Made by a program: the position numbers and the translations under genes
Source of the DNA: an uncultured beta proteobacterium
GTDB taxonomy: Bacteria; Pseudomonadota; Gammaproteobacteria; Burkholderiales; Burkholderiaceae_C
Length of the DNA: 64,000 nt
Direction of reading: 5' to 3'
NCBI GenBank assembly: GCA_963781205.1
Contig: CAWAFG010000047.1
Span: forward strand, 12,936 to 76,935
The notes under the pieces: model-generated
The model's database searches: none
The model's input: the letters and a program-made list of their open reading frames with translations, nothing else
Told to the model about the DNA's origin: nothing
Part shown: positions 19,428 to 29,660 of the stretch, one piece after another
Layout: every line of letters begins with the position of its first letter
Position numbering within the stretch: the stretch's first letter is position 1

Positions 19428-20452
19428 ATACCGCAGTGCAAACAAAACCAACCGCAACTCAAACCTCCACCACGCCCGTTGTGGTTGCCAAAGACCTGCG
19501 CCAGGTCTACAAAATTGGCCGCGGCTTCATGAAAGAGCCGGACCACCTGCAAGCCGTAGGCGGCGTCTCGTTCTCAGTTAACGCCGGCAAAACCCTGGCC
19601 GTTGTGGGTGAGTCTGGCTGCGGAAAATCGACCCTGGCCCGCATGGTGTCGCTGATTGAGACGCCAACCGCTGGCGAGTTGAGGCTGACCAACGTCAACG
19701 TCCTCACCGCGACTACCGAGGAGCGCAAGACGCTTCGCCAAGCGGTACAAATGGTGTTCCAGAACCCGTTTGGCTCTCTGAACCCGCGCAAGAAAATTGG
19801 CGCGGTGCTTGAGGCCCCCCTGGAAATCAACACGTCAATGACAGCGGCCGAGCGTGCCGACAAAGCCCGCGCCATGCTGGCTTTGGTGGGCCTGCGCCCA
19901 GAGCACTACGACCGCTATCCCCACATGTTCTCAGGCGGTCAGCGCCAACGCGTGGCCATTGCCCGCGCCCTGATGCTCAATCCGTCCTTGATCGTGGCCG
20001 ATGAACCGGTGTCGGCGCTGGATGTCTCCATTCAGGCCCAAGTGCTTAACTTGCTGGCCGACTTGCAACAAGAGCTGGGCTTAGCCTATCTCTTCATCTC
20101 CCATGACCTCGGCGTGGTTCGCCATATCGCCCATGACGTGTTGGTCATGTACCTGGGCCATGCGGTGGAGCAAGGCGAGAAAAAAGCCATCTTTGCCCAG
20201 CCGCTTCACCCCTACACCCAGGCGCTGCTGGCATCGACGCCCGGTATCGTGGGCACCGGCGACTCCCGCAAACGCATTGTGCTCAGTGGTGAGCTGCCTT
20301 CACCTTTGAACCCACCCAGAGGGTGCGTTTTTTCAACCCGCTGCCCCAACGTGACCGCAAGATGCAGGGCCGAACGCCCCGTGCTTCGGGAACTTGTGGG
20401 CCGCCAGGTCGCCTGCCATGAGGCAGAACAATTTATCCAACCCGCTGCCTAG
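19424..20452 (+). CDS. dppF: Dipeptide ABC transporter ATP-binding subunit
   Basis: [34 protein letters not shown]. Confidence 0.92.
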   Translation: MNTAVQTKPTATQTSTTPVVVAKDLRQVYKIGRGFMKEPDHLQAVGGVSFSVNAGKTLAVVGESGCGKSTLARMVSLIETPTAGELRLTNVNVLTATTEERKTLRQAVQMVFQNPFGSLNPRKKIGAVLEAPLEINTSMTAAERADKARAMLALVGLRPEHYDRYPHMFSGGQRQRVAIARALMLNPSLIVADEPVSALDVSIQAQVLNLLADLQQELGLAYLFISHDLGVVRHIAHDVLVMYLGHAVEQGEKKAIFAQPLHPYTQALLASTPGIVGTGDSRKRIVLSGELPSPLNPPRGCVFSTRCPNVTARCRAERPVLRELVGRQVACHEAEQFIQPAA

Positions 20453-20479
20453 CAGCAATAACCCAGAGGAGTCCACCAG

Positions 20480-22108
20480 ATGATCCAATCCAAGTCCATC
20501 TTTCGACGAAAACTAGCCATTAAGCCCACCGTGCTTTGCGCGCTGGCCTTGCCTGCGCTGATGGCGCTGGCCCCTGCGTCTGCCAAGACGCTGGTTTATT
20601 GTTCAGAAGGCAGCCCGGAAAACTTCTACCCCGGCGTCAACACCACTGGTACGTCTTTTGACGCCAGCGAACAAATTTACGACAACATCGTCAAATTTGA
20701 GCGCGGCGGCACCAAAGTCGTCCCCGGTCTGGCCGAGAGCTGGACGGTCTCGCCTGATGGTCTCGAATACACCTTCAAGCTGCGCAAGGGCGTGAAGTGG
20801 CAGTCCAACAAAAACTTCAAACCCAGCCGCGACTTCAACGCCGATGACGTGATGTTCATGATCGAGCGTCAATGGATTGAGACCGACCCTTACTTCAAGG
20901 TCACCAGCGCCAACCACGCTTACTTTGGCGACATGGGCATGCCCAAGTTGCTGAAAAGCGTGGACAAAGTGGACGAGTACACCGTCAAGTTCACACTGAC
21001 CAAGCCTGAAGCCCCCTTCCTGGCCAACATGGCCATGCAATGGGCGGGCGTTCAGTCCAAAGAGTACGCCATTGCCATGCTCAAAGCAGGCACGCCTGAG
21101 AAGATTGACCAGGAGCCAGTCGGCACCGGTCCTTTCATGCTGGTTCAGTACCAAAAAGACGCCATCATTCGCTACAAAGCATTCCCCCAGTACTGGGCCG
21201 GAAAAGCCAAGATTGATGACCTGATCTTCGCCATCACGCCTGACGCATCGGTCCGCTGGGCCAAGTTGCAAAAGGGTGAGTGCCATGTCATGCCCTACCC
21301 CAACCCGGCCGACCTGCCTGCCATGAAGAAGGACAGCGCCGTCACGATTCTGGAGCAGCCCGGTTTGAACGTGGGCTACCTGGCCTACAACACCACCAAG
21401 AAGCCGTTTGACGATGTGCGTGTTCGCAAAGCGGTGAACATGGCCATCAACAAGCAAGCCATTGTGGATGCGGTCTATTTGGGCACTGGCATTCCCGCCA
21501 CCAACCCGATTCCACCCACCATGTGGTCTTACAACAAGTCCATCAAGGACGACGCGTTTGACCCCGCTGCCGCCAAGAAATTGCTGGCCGCTGCCGGCTT
21601 GCCCGATGGCTTCACCACTGACTTGTGGGCCATGCCTGTTCAGCGCCCTTACAACCCGAATGCCAAGCGCATTGCCGAGTTGATGCAAGCGGATCTGGCC
21701 AAGGTCGGTATCAAGGCCGAGATCAAGAGCTTTGAGTGGGGCGAATACCGCAAGCGCATGCAAGCGGGAGAGCACCAGATGGGCATGTTGGGTTGGACCG
21801 GTGACAACGGAGATCCAGACAACTTCCTGAACACGCTGCTCGGCTGCGATTCGGCCAAATCAAACGGCTCCAATGTGGCCAAGTTCTGCTACAAGCCCTT
21901 TGAAGACTTGGTTCAAAAAGCCAAGGTCGTGACCAACACGGCGGAGCGCACCAAGCTGTACGAAAAAGCCCAGGTGATCTTCAAGGAACAAGCGCCTTGG
22001 TTCACCATCGCCCACGCCGTGCAGTTGAAGCCCGTGCGCAATGAAGTCATTGACTTCAAACTGAGCCCATTTGGCCGTCACACTTTCTACGGTGTTGACA
22101 TCAAATAA
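20480..22108 (+). CDS. dppA: Dipeptide ABC transporter substrate-binding protein
   Basis: Signal peptide, KTLVYCSEGSPE, WAMPVQRPYNPNA, GWTGDNGDPDNF. Confidence 0.94.
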   Translation: MIQSKSIFRRKLAIKPTVLCALALPALMALAPASAKTLVYCSEGSPENFYPGVNTTGTSFDASEQIYDNIVKFERGGTKVVPGLAESWTVSPDGLEYTFKLRKGVKWQSNKNFKPSRDFNADDVMFMIERQWIETDPYFKVTSANHAYFGDMGMPKLLKSVDKVDEYTVKFTLTKPEAPFLANMAMQWAGVQSKEYAIAMLKAGTPEKIDQEPVGTGPFMLVQYQKDAIIRYKAFPQYWAGKAKIDDLIFAITPDASVRWAKLQKGECHVMPYPNPADLPAMKKDSAVTILEQPGLNVGYLAYNTTKKPFDDVRVRKAVNMAINKQAIVDAVYLGTGIPATNPIPPTMWSYNKSIKDDAFDPAAAKKLLAAAGLPDGFTTDLWAMPVQRPYNPNAKRIAELMQADLAKVGIKAEIKSFEWGEYRKRMQAGEHQMGMLGWTGDNGDPDNFLNTLLGCDSAKSNGSNVAKFCYKPFEDLVQKAKVVTNTAERTKLYEKAQVIFKEQAPWFTIAHAVQLKPVRNEVIDFKLSPFGRHTFYGVDIK

Positions 22109-22126
22109 GCACCCCATCAGGTGAAC

Positions 22127-22156
22127 AAAAAAAGGCCGGGTCACCGGCCTTTTTTT
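22127..22156. terminator. Bidirectional Rho-independent terminator
   Basis: AAAAAAAGGCCGG-GTCA-CCGGCCTTTTTTT between convergent genes. Confidence 0.88.
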
Positions 22157-22169
22157 ATGTATCATTTAT

Positions 22170-22218
22170 GCCTCTAGCACAATAAGCGCCTGCGCATACC
22201 GCTATATTATCAATAGCA
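22170..22218 (+). repeat. Dispersed 49-bp GCTAY-N7-RTAGC element, copy 1
   Basis: gcctcta gcac aataagcgcct gcgcatacc gctat attatca atagc a. Confidence 0.8.
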
Positions 22219-22219
22219 A

Positions 22220-23945
22220 TTAAATCGATTTTTGCCGCAACAAGGCCGCATCAGTGACCGCACTCAACGTGCCGCGTGTGCTGATCACTTCCGGGTCCAG
22301 CATGACCTCAATCAAGCTGCCCTCGCTCGCGTGCCAAGGCCGCCAGCAAGGCAGGTTCGAACTCTTCGGTGCGGGTAATGCGAACGCCCACATAGCCATA
22401 GGCATTGGCCAAGGCGGCAAAGTCCGGATTTTTCAATTGGGTGCCGGTGGTGTGCCTTGGGTACTCGCGCTCCTGGTGCATGCGAATCGTGCCAAACATG
22501 CTGTTGTTCAGCAGCACCACAATCGTCTTGGCGCCGTATTGCGTCGCAGTCGCCAGCTCTTGGCCGTTCATCAAAAAGTCGCCGTCGCCGGCAATCGTGA
22601 ACGCGAGTCGACCCGTCGTGATGGCCGCCGCAATGCCTGCCGGCACGCCGTAGCCCATGGCGCCGTTGGTCGGTGCCAACTGGGTTTTGTGGCCTTTGAC
22701 CAAGCCGTGGTGCACGTAAAAGCGGTGAATCCAGCTGGCGAAGTTGCCGGCGCCATTGGTCAGCACCACATCCTCGGGCAGGTGCTTTTGCAGGGTAGCG
22801 ACGATGGCCGGCATGTCAATGTCACCCGGCAGCGCCTGTGGCACCAGGTTGGCCACGTAGTCGGCATGGGCCTCATCGGCCAAGCCCTCCCAGGGCAGCG
22901 TCACTGGCGCGGTCAACACCTCCAGCGAACGGGCGGCGGCGTTCATGGTCGCGTTAATGGCCAGGTCGGCCATGTAGACACGGTTCAACTCCTCGGCACT
23001 GGCGTGAATGTGCACCAGCTTTTGTTTGGGGCGGGGGGCCTCCAGCAGCGTGTAGCCGCCGCTGGTCATCTCGCCCAAACGGGGGCCAATGGCGATGATC
23101 AGGTCACTGTCCTTGATGCGCGCCGCCAACTTGGGGTTGATGCCAATGCCCACGTCACCGGCGTACAAGGGGTGGTGGTTGTCAAACGTGTCCTGAAAGC
23201 GAAAGGCGTTGCCCACCGGCAGCTTCCAGTTCTCCGCAAAGCGCTGCAGCGCCTGGGCCGCTTGCACCGTCCAGCCACCGCCGCCGGCAATGACGAAGGG
23301 CCGCTCTGCTTTTAATAGCATCTCCCGCAGGGTGCGCAAGGCGCCGGGGTCACTCCAGGCCTCCACCGCATCCACACGTGGCAAGGCGGCAGGCACGACG
23401 CCCGTCACCGGGTGGGCAACCACCGCCTGCGTCAACATGTCTTCGGGCAGCACCAACACCACCGGGCCCGGCCGGCCATTCATGGCGGTGGCAAAGGCGC
23501 GGGCCACGTATTCGGGGATGCGCCGGGCATCGTCAATGCGCTCCACCCGTTTGGCAAAGCCTTTGGTGCTGGGGCCAAAAAAGCTTTGGTAATCCACTTC
23601 CTGAAAGGCCTCACGGTCACGCGTGTCGCTGGCCACGTCCCCCACAAACAACACCATGGGGGTCGAGTCCTGAAAGGCCGTGTGCACGCCAATCGAGGCA
23701 TTGGTCGCCCCCGGCCCCCGGGTCACAAAGCACACGCCGGGGCGGCCGGTCAGCTTGCCATGCGCCTCGGCCATGAAGGCGGCACCGCCCTCTTGCCGGT
23801 TGATGATGAACTGAATGTCGTTCTGGTGCAGGTGAAACCCGTCCAACACGGCCAGATAACTCTCGCCGGGCACCCCAAACGCGTGGGTCACACCCTGGGC
23901 TATCAAACACTCCACCAGCAAGTGGCCTGCAATCTTTGTCGTCAT
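22220..23945 (-). pseudogene. TPP-dependent enzyme (acetolactate synthase large-subunit-like) with a frameshift near the 3' end
   Basis: FGVPGES, RQEGGA, TRGPG, GAMGYG and GDGDF motifs in ORF 22308-23945. The expected tail (GSLIEVMLDPEVISTRGTL...) continues in another frame to 22220; TCGC is duplicated at 22323-22330. Confidence 0.7.
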
Positions 23946-23971
23946 GTCTTCTTTCTTGTGTCAAATCAGTT

Positions 23972-25198
23972 TCAAACGGCCTTGGCGCGGCCTGCCGTGC
24001 GAAAACCCACACCCAGCGCGGCCACCACGCTGAGCAGCAGCACCACGGCGGCACCCAGCAAGGTCGCGCCGTACCAGCCCCGGTCCATGAACACGCCAAA
24101 CAATACGGGGGAAATGGCAAAACCCACATCCAGGCCGGAATACACCATGCCGTACACCCGCCCCGTGGCGCCCTTGGGCGTGGCTTTCTTGATCATCATG
24201 TCCCGCGACGGCCCGCCAATGCCCACAGCAAAGCCGGTGGCAGCCAGCACCACCATGGTGCCCGTGGCGCCAAACAAACCCGTGGCGCACAGCGCCAGCA
24301 GCAAGGCCCCAGCCGTCATGGCCATCGCCACCACCCGGTCGCTGTTCGCCGCTCGGGCGGCCACAAAGCCACCCACAAACATGCCCACAGCACCACACAA
24401 CATGTAGGCAGTCAAGGTCAAGGTGGCCGCCTCAAAGCTGATGCCGTGCATGGCTTTCAAAATGGACACGGAAAAGCTTTGAATCACCGCCAGCGTCATC
24501 GTGGACAGCAAGAAAAAGCTGAAACACCACCACACCACCGGCAGCTTCATAAAGGCCATGCTGTGCTCGGTGGGCCCGCTGGCCGGGTGCTGAACCGCTT
24601 GGGTGCTGAGCTTGTCGCGGTGCACATACAGCAGTACCCAAATCACCGCGTACATCACAGCAGCCGCGACATAGGCCGCGCGCCAGTTGTACAGACTGGT
24701 GATGCCGGCCATGAACACCGGCGCCGCCGCCCAGCCCAAATTGCCCGTGAGCCCGTGCGCGCTAAAGGCATGGCCCAAACGAGGCGCCGACACGCGTTGG
24801 TTCAAGATCGTGAAGTCCACCGGGTGAAAGGTGGCGTTGCCCAAACCCGCCAAGGCCGCCACACCAAACAAGCCGGTGTAACCCGTGACCACAGACGCCA
24901 ACCCGCAAGCCACCACAAAAATGGCCAAGGCCGCAAACAACAGCGGCCGGGCACCCACGCGGTCCACCAAAAACCCGGCGCTGGCCTGCCCCAAACCAGA
25001 CACGATGAAAAACGTGCTCATCAACAAGCCCAGTTGCGAGAAGCTCAGCCCAAACTCGGTCATGAACACCGGAAACATCAGAGGCAGCAACAAATGCGCA
25101 AAGTGAGAGCTACCGTGTGCCAAGCCAACCAGGCCAATGATGGCGGCGTCTTGTTTCAAAGGCACGCTCGCAGCGGCTGAGTAAGTGGCAGAAGTCAT
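23972..25198 (-). CDS. MFS transporter (Fsr-like)
   Basis: About 12 TM helices, motif A GFLVDRVGAR, GLGNATFHP. Confidence 0.88.
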   Translation of the reverse strand: MTSATYSAAASVPLKQDAAIIGLVGLAHGSSHFAHLLLPLMFPVFMTEFGLSFSQLGLLMSTFFIVSGLGQASAGFLVDRVGARPLLFAALAIFVVACGLASVVTGYTGLFGVAALAGLGNATFHPVDFTILNQRVSAPRLGHAFSAHGLTGNLGWAAAPVFMAGITSLYNWRAAYVAAAVMYAVIWVLLYVHRDKLSTQAVQHPASGPTEHSMAFMKLPVVWWCFSFFLLSTMTLAVIQSFSVSILKAMHGISFEAATLTLTAYMLCGAVGMFVGGFVAARAANSDRVVAMAMTAGALLLALCATGLFGATGTMVVLAATGFAVGIGGPSRDMMIKKATPKGATGRVYGMVYSGLDVGFAISPVLFGVFMDRGWYGATLLGAAVVLLLSVVAALGVGFRTAGRAKAV

Positions 25199-25277
25199 GC
25201 CGCAATGGTACGGGCCGACTCAACGATGCGCTATCCGACAAATAGACAATAATTAGCGAATATCAGCCAAACCAGGC

Positions 25278-26102
25278 ATGCCAACACCCATGAAACGCCG
25301 CCACGCCCTGACACCCGAACCCATTGGCGACACCGACCCAGTCGCCCCCACGCCAGCGCGCCCGGTGCGCAGCCGCACCCGGGCGCTGGCGGTCGATGCC
25401 CACTTTGAGCCCCACTTTCACGCGTGGGCCCAACTGGCTTACTGCGCGCAAGGCCTGATCCAGGTCACCGCCAGCGACGGCGACAAGGAAACCACCTTCA
25501 TCCTGCCGCCATCCCGCGCGGTATGGATTCCCCCCCGGGCCCGCCATGCCGTCACCGTGCTGGAAGCCACTGAACTGCGGACCGTGTACCTGGACCCCAG
25601 CGCGACGCCGCCCGGTTGGCAGGGTTGCCGCGTGATGGTGGTGTCCAGCCTGATGCGTGAGCTGATTCGGGCGCTGGAAGCGTCCACGCCCTCCCCGCGT
25701 GATGACGCCTTGATGGCGCTCACCCTGCATGAAATCACCCACGCCAGCACCCAGGCCCTGGGCGTGCCTTTACCCCGTGACAAACGCTTGCGCGCCTTGT
25801 GCGAATCGGTGTTGCAAGCGCCTGGGCGCTGCGCCACCCTGGCGCAATGGGCGGTGGACACGGGCGCCAGCGAGCGCACCGTGGCGCGCCTGTTTCGCAC
25901 CGAACTGGCCACCACGTTCCAGCAATGGCGCCAACAGGCTGTTCTGGCCCACGCCCTGCCCATGCTGGCCTGCGGAACGCCGGTGAGTGAGGTGGCAGCG
26001 GCCAGCGGTTATGCCAGTGACAGCGCGTTCTCTGCGATGTTCAAGTCGGCGTTAGGACAATCACCGAGTTATTTTCAGCTTAAAGACTCTCTGCGCTCAT
26101 AA
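25278..26102 (+). CDS. AraC family transcriptional regulator (cupin + HTH)
   Basis: PHFHAWAQL cupin motif, SERTVARLF, GYASDSAFSAMFK; divergent from the MFS gene. Confidence 0.9.
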   Translation: MPTPMKRRHALTPEPIGDTDPVAPTPARPVRSRTRALAVDAHFEPHFHAWAQLAYCAQGLIQVTASDGDKETTFILPPSRAVWIPPRARHAVTVLEATELRTVYLDPSATPPGWQGCRVMVVSSLMRELIRALEASTPSPRDDALMALTLHEITHASTQALGVPLPRDKRLRALCESVLQAPGRCATLAQWAVDTGASERTVARLFRTELATTFQQWRQQAVLAHALPMLACGTPVSEVAAASGYASDSAFSAMFKSALGQSPSYFQLKDSLRS

Positions 26103-26134
26103 AATGAGCATAGTTAGCTATGAATTGAATAGCA
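26086..26134 (+). repeat. Dispersed 49-bp element, copy 2 (spans the AraC stop codon)
   Basis: actctct gcgc tcataaaatga gcatagtta gctat gaattga atagc a. Confidence 0.8.
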
Positions 26135-26219
26135 GTTAACTGCCCATTAATGAGCAAGAACAGCGGGGCAAACGTGATCAGTTCGCTGGCCACTCCAGCG
26201 ACCCCAGGGGAAGTCATCC

Positions 26220-28409
26220 ATGTTGGTTTTATTTGATTTCTGCACACGGCACTGGCGTTTTCGCCACACCCATTGGCTCGCCGTCTTGCTGACACTGGGC
26301 GCACTGGGGGCGAATGCGGCCACGACAACACTGACGCCAGCGCAGACTCTGTGGGTGCAGGCGCAGGGTGACAAGGTGTTCACGGTGGGCTTTGATCCCT
26401 ATGCCGGCATGGATGATTTTGAGTTTCGGGGCCGACGCGTCGGTCTGCTGCCGAGCTTGCTTGCGGACATGGAAAAGGCACTGGGGCTTCGCTTTGCCAA
26501 AGCGGAAGTGAAAGACTGGGACGATGCCTACAGCGGCTTTGCCCAAGGCAAGATTGACGTCCTTTATGGCGCCAACCCCACGCCAGAGCGCGAACGCATC
26601 ATGGTCTTCACCCGCGCTGCCCAGCGCTACCCTTATTTGGTGTTGGCTCGCAAGGACTCCAGCGTACAAACCCTGGGTGACATTGACCGCAAAAAAGTGG
26701 GCTTCATCACCAACGATTTTGTACGCCAGCAGTTGCCCAAAACCTACCGGAACATTCACTTTGAAGCCCTTGATTTCGACACCCCTGCGCACGGACTGAA
26801 AGCATTGCGCGAAGGCGTGGTGGATGGTTTTGTGACGGCTGGGGGCGGCCTTGAAAAAGACTTTCTGTTCGCTTTCCCCGACGTCGCGCTGGCCGCACGC
26901 CTGCCAGCCATCACCTCAGACATGACTTTCGCCGTGCTGAAAGAGCGCGCCATGCTGGGCGAGCTGATCAACCGCTACATCGATCAGAATGCCGCCAAAA
27001 TTGAATCAATGGCCCACGCGGCGGAGCGCACTTACAACCTGAAGATCCTGCGGCTGACGCCCTCTGAACTGGCGTGGCTGGACAACCCGGGCGAAGCCGT
27101 CGTCGGTGTGGCGGAAGACTACCTGCCCTTTGACCTTTACCAGGACGGCGAGTACCGGGGCATTGCCGGGGAAATGTTGAAACGCATCACCGAGATCACG
27201 GGCATCACGTTCAAGGTGGTCAGCGGCCCCTTTGCGCAGGTTTACCAAAAAGCACTGGCCGGTGAGATTGACGTGCTCAACATCGCCAAAACGGACGACC
27301 GGCTGCCCTACTTTCTGTACCCGCGCCCCATCAGCACCGAGCGCGACATCATCGTCGGCCTCAAGACCAGTCCGGCCGTGCAGGACGTGTATGGGCTGGA
27401 GGGCAAACGTGTGGCGGTCATTGAGGGGTTCTGGCACGAAGAGCACCTGAGAAAGAACCTGCGAGACGCCCAAATCGTGATCACCAGCAGCATCCTGGAG
27501 TCCCTCAAACTGATTCGGGCGGGCCAGGTTGACTACACCATCGAGAACCCAACCGTCGTTGAGTTTTATATCAATGGGCTGGGTTACACCGATGTCGTGA
27601 AGCGGGGCAGCACCTCCAAAGATTCGTTTGTTTACTTTGGCGTGAACAAGCAACAACCCGAACTGGCCGCCATCATGGACAAAGCCATGTCGCTGGTGAG
27701 TTTTGAAGAGGTGAAATACGCCGGCATTCAAAGTGTGCCCACCCTGAAAAACGCAGAAAGCCAGCGCCTGGCCCTGATTGCGGTAGGTTTGGCAGTGGCA
27801 CTGCTTGCCATTCTGGCGGTAACCATCAAGGTCGTGCGCTCGCTTGCGGCGCAAAAAAACCAGACTTTGTTGCTTGAGCAACGTGAACACCTGCTCTACA
27901 CCGACGCGCTGACAGGCTTTCACAACCGCAATTACTTCAGCCACAAGCGTGCATGGCTGCAACAGGGCAATTACCCGCAGGCGGTGCTGATTGCGGACCT
28001 GAACAACCTCAAACCCGTGAACGACGCGTATGGGCACGCTGCAGGCGACGCCATGTTGGTGCTGTACACCCAGGCGCTTCGCGCTGTGTTTTCGCAGGCC
28101 CATTTTTTTCGCCTGGGTGGCGACGAGTTTCTGGTGATCGTGGACCACACCACGCCCGAGCAAATGGACGAACGGGTGCAAGCGCTTCACACGCATTGCC
28201 TTGAACATGGGCACCCGGTCATGGGGACAACCATTTATGCCAGCGCGGCGGTGGGCTACGCCATGCGCCGCGGTAGCCAAGACGCGCTGGACGCCTGCAT
28301 GGCCATTGCCGATGCACGCATGTACGAGGCCAAGGCTCAAACCAAGCACCAAGGCGTCGACGCATCACCCGGCGCCGAGCCGGACGTATCCATTCACAAA
28401 GCCACTTAG
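26220..28409 (+). CDS. Membrane diguanylate cyclase with two periplasmic SBP-3 domains
   Basis: Signal/TM segment, tandem amino-acid-binding-protein-like domains, TM, then DALTGFHNR, DLNNLKPVNDAYGH and an intact RLGGDEF. Confidence 0.88.
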   Translation: MLVLFDFCTRHWRFRHTHWLAVLLTLGALGANAATTTLTPAQTLWVQAQGDKVFTVGFDPYAGMDDFEFRGRRVGLLPSLLADMEKALGLRFAKAEVKDWDDAYSGFAQGKIDVLYGANPTPERERIMVFTRAAQRYPYLVLARKDSSVQTLGDIDRKKVGFITNDFVRQQLPKTYRNIHFEALDFDTPAHGLKALREGVVDGFVTAGGGLEKDFLFAFPDVALAARLPAITSDMTFAVLKERAMLGELINRYIDQNAAKIESMAHAAERTYNLKILRLTPSELAWLDNPGEAVVGVAEDYLPFDLYQDGEYRGIAGEMLKRITEITGITFKVVSGPFAQVYQKALAGEIDVLNIAKTDDRLPYFLYPRPISTERDIIVGLKTSPAVQDVYGLEGKRVAVIEGFWHEEHLRKNLRDAQIVITSSILESLKLIRAGQVDYTIENPTVVEFYINGLGYTDVVKRGSTSKDSFVYFGVNKQQPELAAIMDKAMSLVSFEEVKYAGIQSVPTLKNAESQRLALIAVGLAVALLAILAVTIKVVRSLAAQKNQTLLLEQREHLLYTDALTGFHNRNYFSHKRAWLQQGNYPQAVLIADLNNLKPVNDAYGHAAGDAMLVLYTQALRAVFSQAHFFRLGGDEFLVIVDHTTPEQMDERVQALHTHCLEHGHPVMGTTIYASAAVGYAMRRGSQDALDACMAIADARMYEAKAQTKHQGVDASPGAEPDVSIHKAT

Positions 28410-28456
28410 TGCTCAGCCCGAAGATGTTTCGAACGATGCATTGACAAGCCAAACAG

Positions 28457-28505
28457 GGCTGTAGCGCTTATAAAATAAGCGGGAGTAGCTACCAAAAGAG
28501 TAGCA
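28457..28505 (+). repeat. Dispersed 49-bp element, copy 3
   Basis: ggctgta gcgc ttataaaataa gcgggagta gctac caaaaga gtagc a. Confidence 0.82.
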
Positions 28506-28516
28506 AACTCAGTGAT

Positions 28517-29104
28517 TCAAGCCGACTCACGAATCAGTGGCACCTGCGACCCGCGCGCCGCGTTGACCACGGATTTCAGCAAGTGGTCCGTGCCAGGCGC
28601 CACCAAGGGCCAAGCCTCCCGCTTTTTGGAATGTTCAATGCCCGCTTTGAACAAACACACACAGCCGTGGTGCGGATGCTGGGCGGAGGCGTAAAGAATG
28701 CCGTGCAAGCCCTGCGCCCGGCAGTCTTGGGCAAACGCCTGACTGGTCTCGTAGCGCATGGACTGCAGCACCGGGTAACGCTCCTCCAGACCACGCAAGT
28801 CCACCAAGCGCAGGTTGGCGCGAGTCTCAAACGTCAACAAGCTGCGCTCCGTCAAGCGATCCCAGTGGCAGCTGCGCACCTCGCGGCGAAACACCGACTC
28901 ATACAGGGCGGTCTCCGCAGAGTCGGCCACGTAGGCAATCGGCTCGCCCGCCAAATCAAACCGCCCCGTCAGCCCGCCGGTGGGCGCCAACAGGTAGCCT
29001 TTGATGCGAACACTGCCGCTGCGCGCCCGGCTGCGCTGCACGCGGTGCCAGGTGTGCGGGGCGGCCAGTTCAAGAATCGGCGGTTGCAGGTCTTGAAAAT
29101 TCAT
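28517..29104 (-). CDS. RES domain toxin (NAD-targeting family)
   Basis: WHRV (R), GRFD, ETALYE (E), GILYAS (S); directly downstream of a small HTH gene. Confidence 0.8.
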   Translation of the reverse strand: MNFQDLQPPILELAAPHTWHRVQRSRARSGSVRIKGYLLAPTGGLTGRFDLAGEPIAYVADSAETALYESVFRREVRSCHWDRLTERSLLTFETRANLRLVDLRGLEERYPVLQSMRYETSQAFAQDCRAQGLHGILYASAQHPHHGCVCLFKAGIEHSKKREAWPLVAPGTDHLLKSVVNAARGSQVPLIRESA

Positions 29105-29112
29105 GGCGCAGG

Positions 29113-29583
29113 TCAGTGCGCCTCAGCGGTGGCCAACGCCACCAAGCGCTCGGGCGGGATGCCCTGCTCCAGCGCGGCGCGCGGCGTTTGGCCGTCTAGC
29201 GCGGGCGCGGGGGACTCCATAAACGCCAGCATCTGCCATCCATCAGTGCTGCCCAAGGCCTTGGCCAAGGGCTGAAGCGCGGGCCAAATGGCCGGCTCAA
29301 ACTGCCAGCGCGGTAGCTTGAACCCCCGGCGCAAGTGCGCCACGCCAATGCACCGCCCGGCCTTGATCCAGGCATTGATCGTCACCCGGGTGGTGCCTGC
29401 CAAGGTGGCGGCCTCGTCGGTGGAAATCATGTCGGCAGCGTCCATGCGCTCACGCCGGTATTGCGCGCCAGACTGCAGCAAAGCCTGCGTCTGGGCCGTA
29501 CTGGCATAGGGGCTGTCTGCGGCAACGCGGCGTGGCGCGGGGGTGTCCAGCCCAAAGCCTGAGGGAATCGTCAGTGTGTTCAT
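29113..29583 (-). CDS. Putative antitoxin: N-terminal HTH plus Xre/MbcA/ParS-like C-terminus
   Basis: ISTDEAATLAGTTRVTINAWI HTH, PRWQF, FMESPAPALDGQTPRAAL; 8-bp gap to the RES gene. Confidence 0.72.
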   Translation of the reverse strand: MNTLTIPSGFGLDTPAPRRVAADSPYASTAQTQALLQSGAQYRRERMDAADMISTDEAATLAGTTRVTINAWIKAGRCIGVAHLRRGFKLPRWQFEPAIWPALQPLAKALGSTDGWQMLAFMESPAPALDGQTPRAALEQGIPPERLVALATAEAH

Positions 29584-29660
29584 CAAAACCTTTCCAGCCC
29601 TGCGTGGACGCGGCGCTCCTCGAATCTGGGCACCGAGATCGGCAGATCTGCCCTGCATTT

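Noticed and set aside
20603-21775. Long antisense ORFs (here and at 27006-28352, 39282-40280, 44640-46130, 57246-58655, 61906-63048)
   Set aside because: Shadow frames of well-supported GC-rich genes, with no recognisable motifs.
25230-25246. GCTAT-N7-ATAGA, a near match to the element's right box
   Set aside because: Lacks the GC anchors at -9 and -24 and the final C. It lies in the MFS/AraC divergent promoter among GACAA repeats, so it is more likely part of an AraC site.
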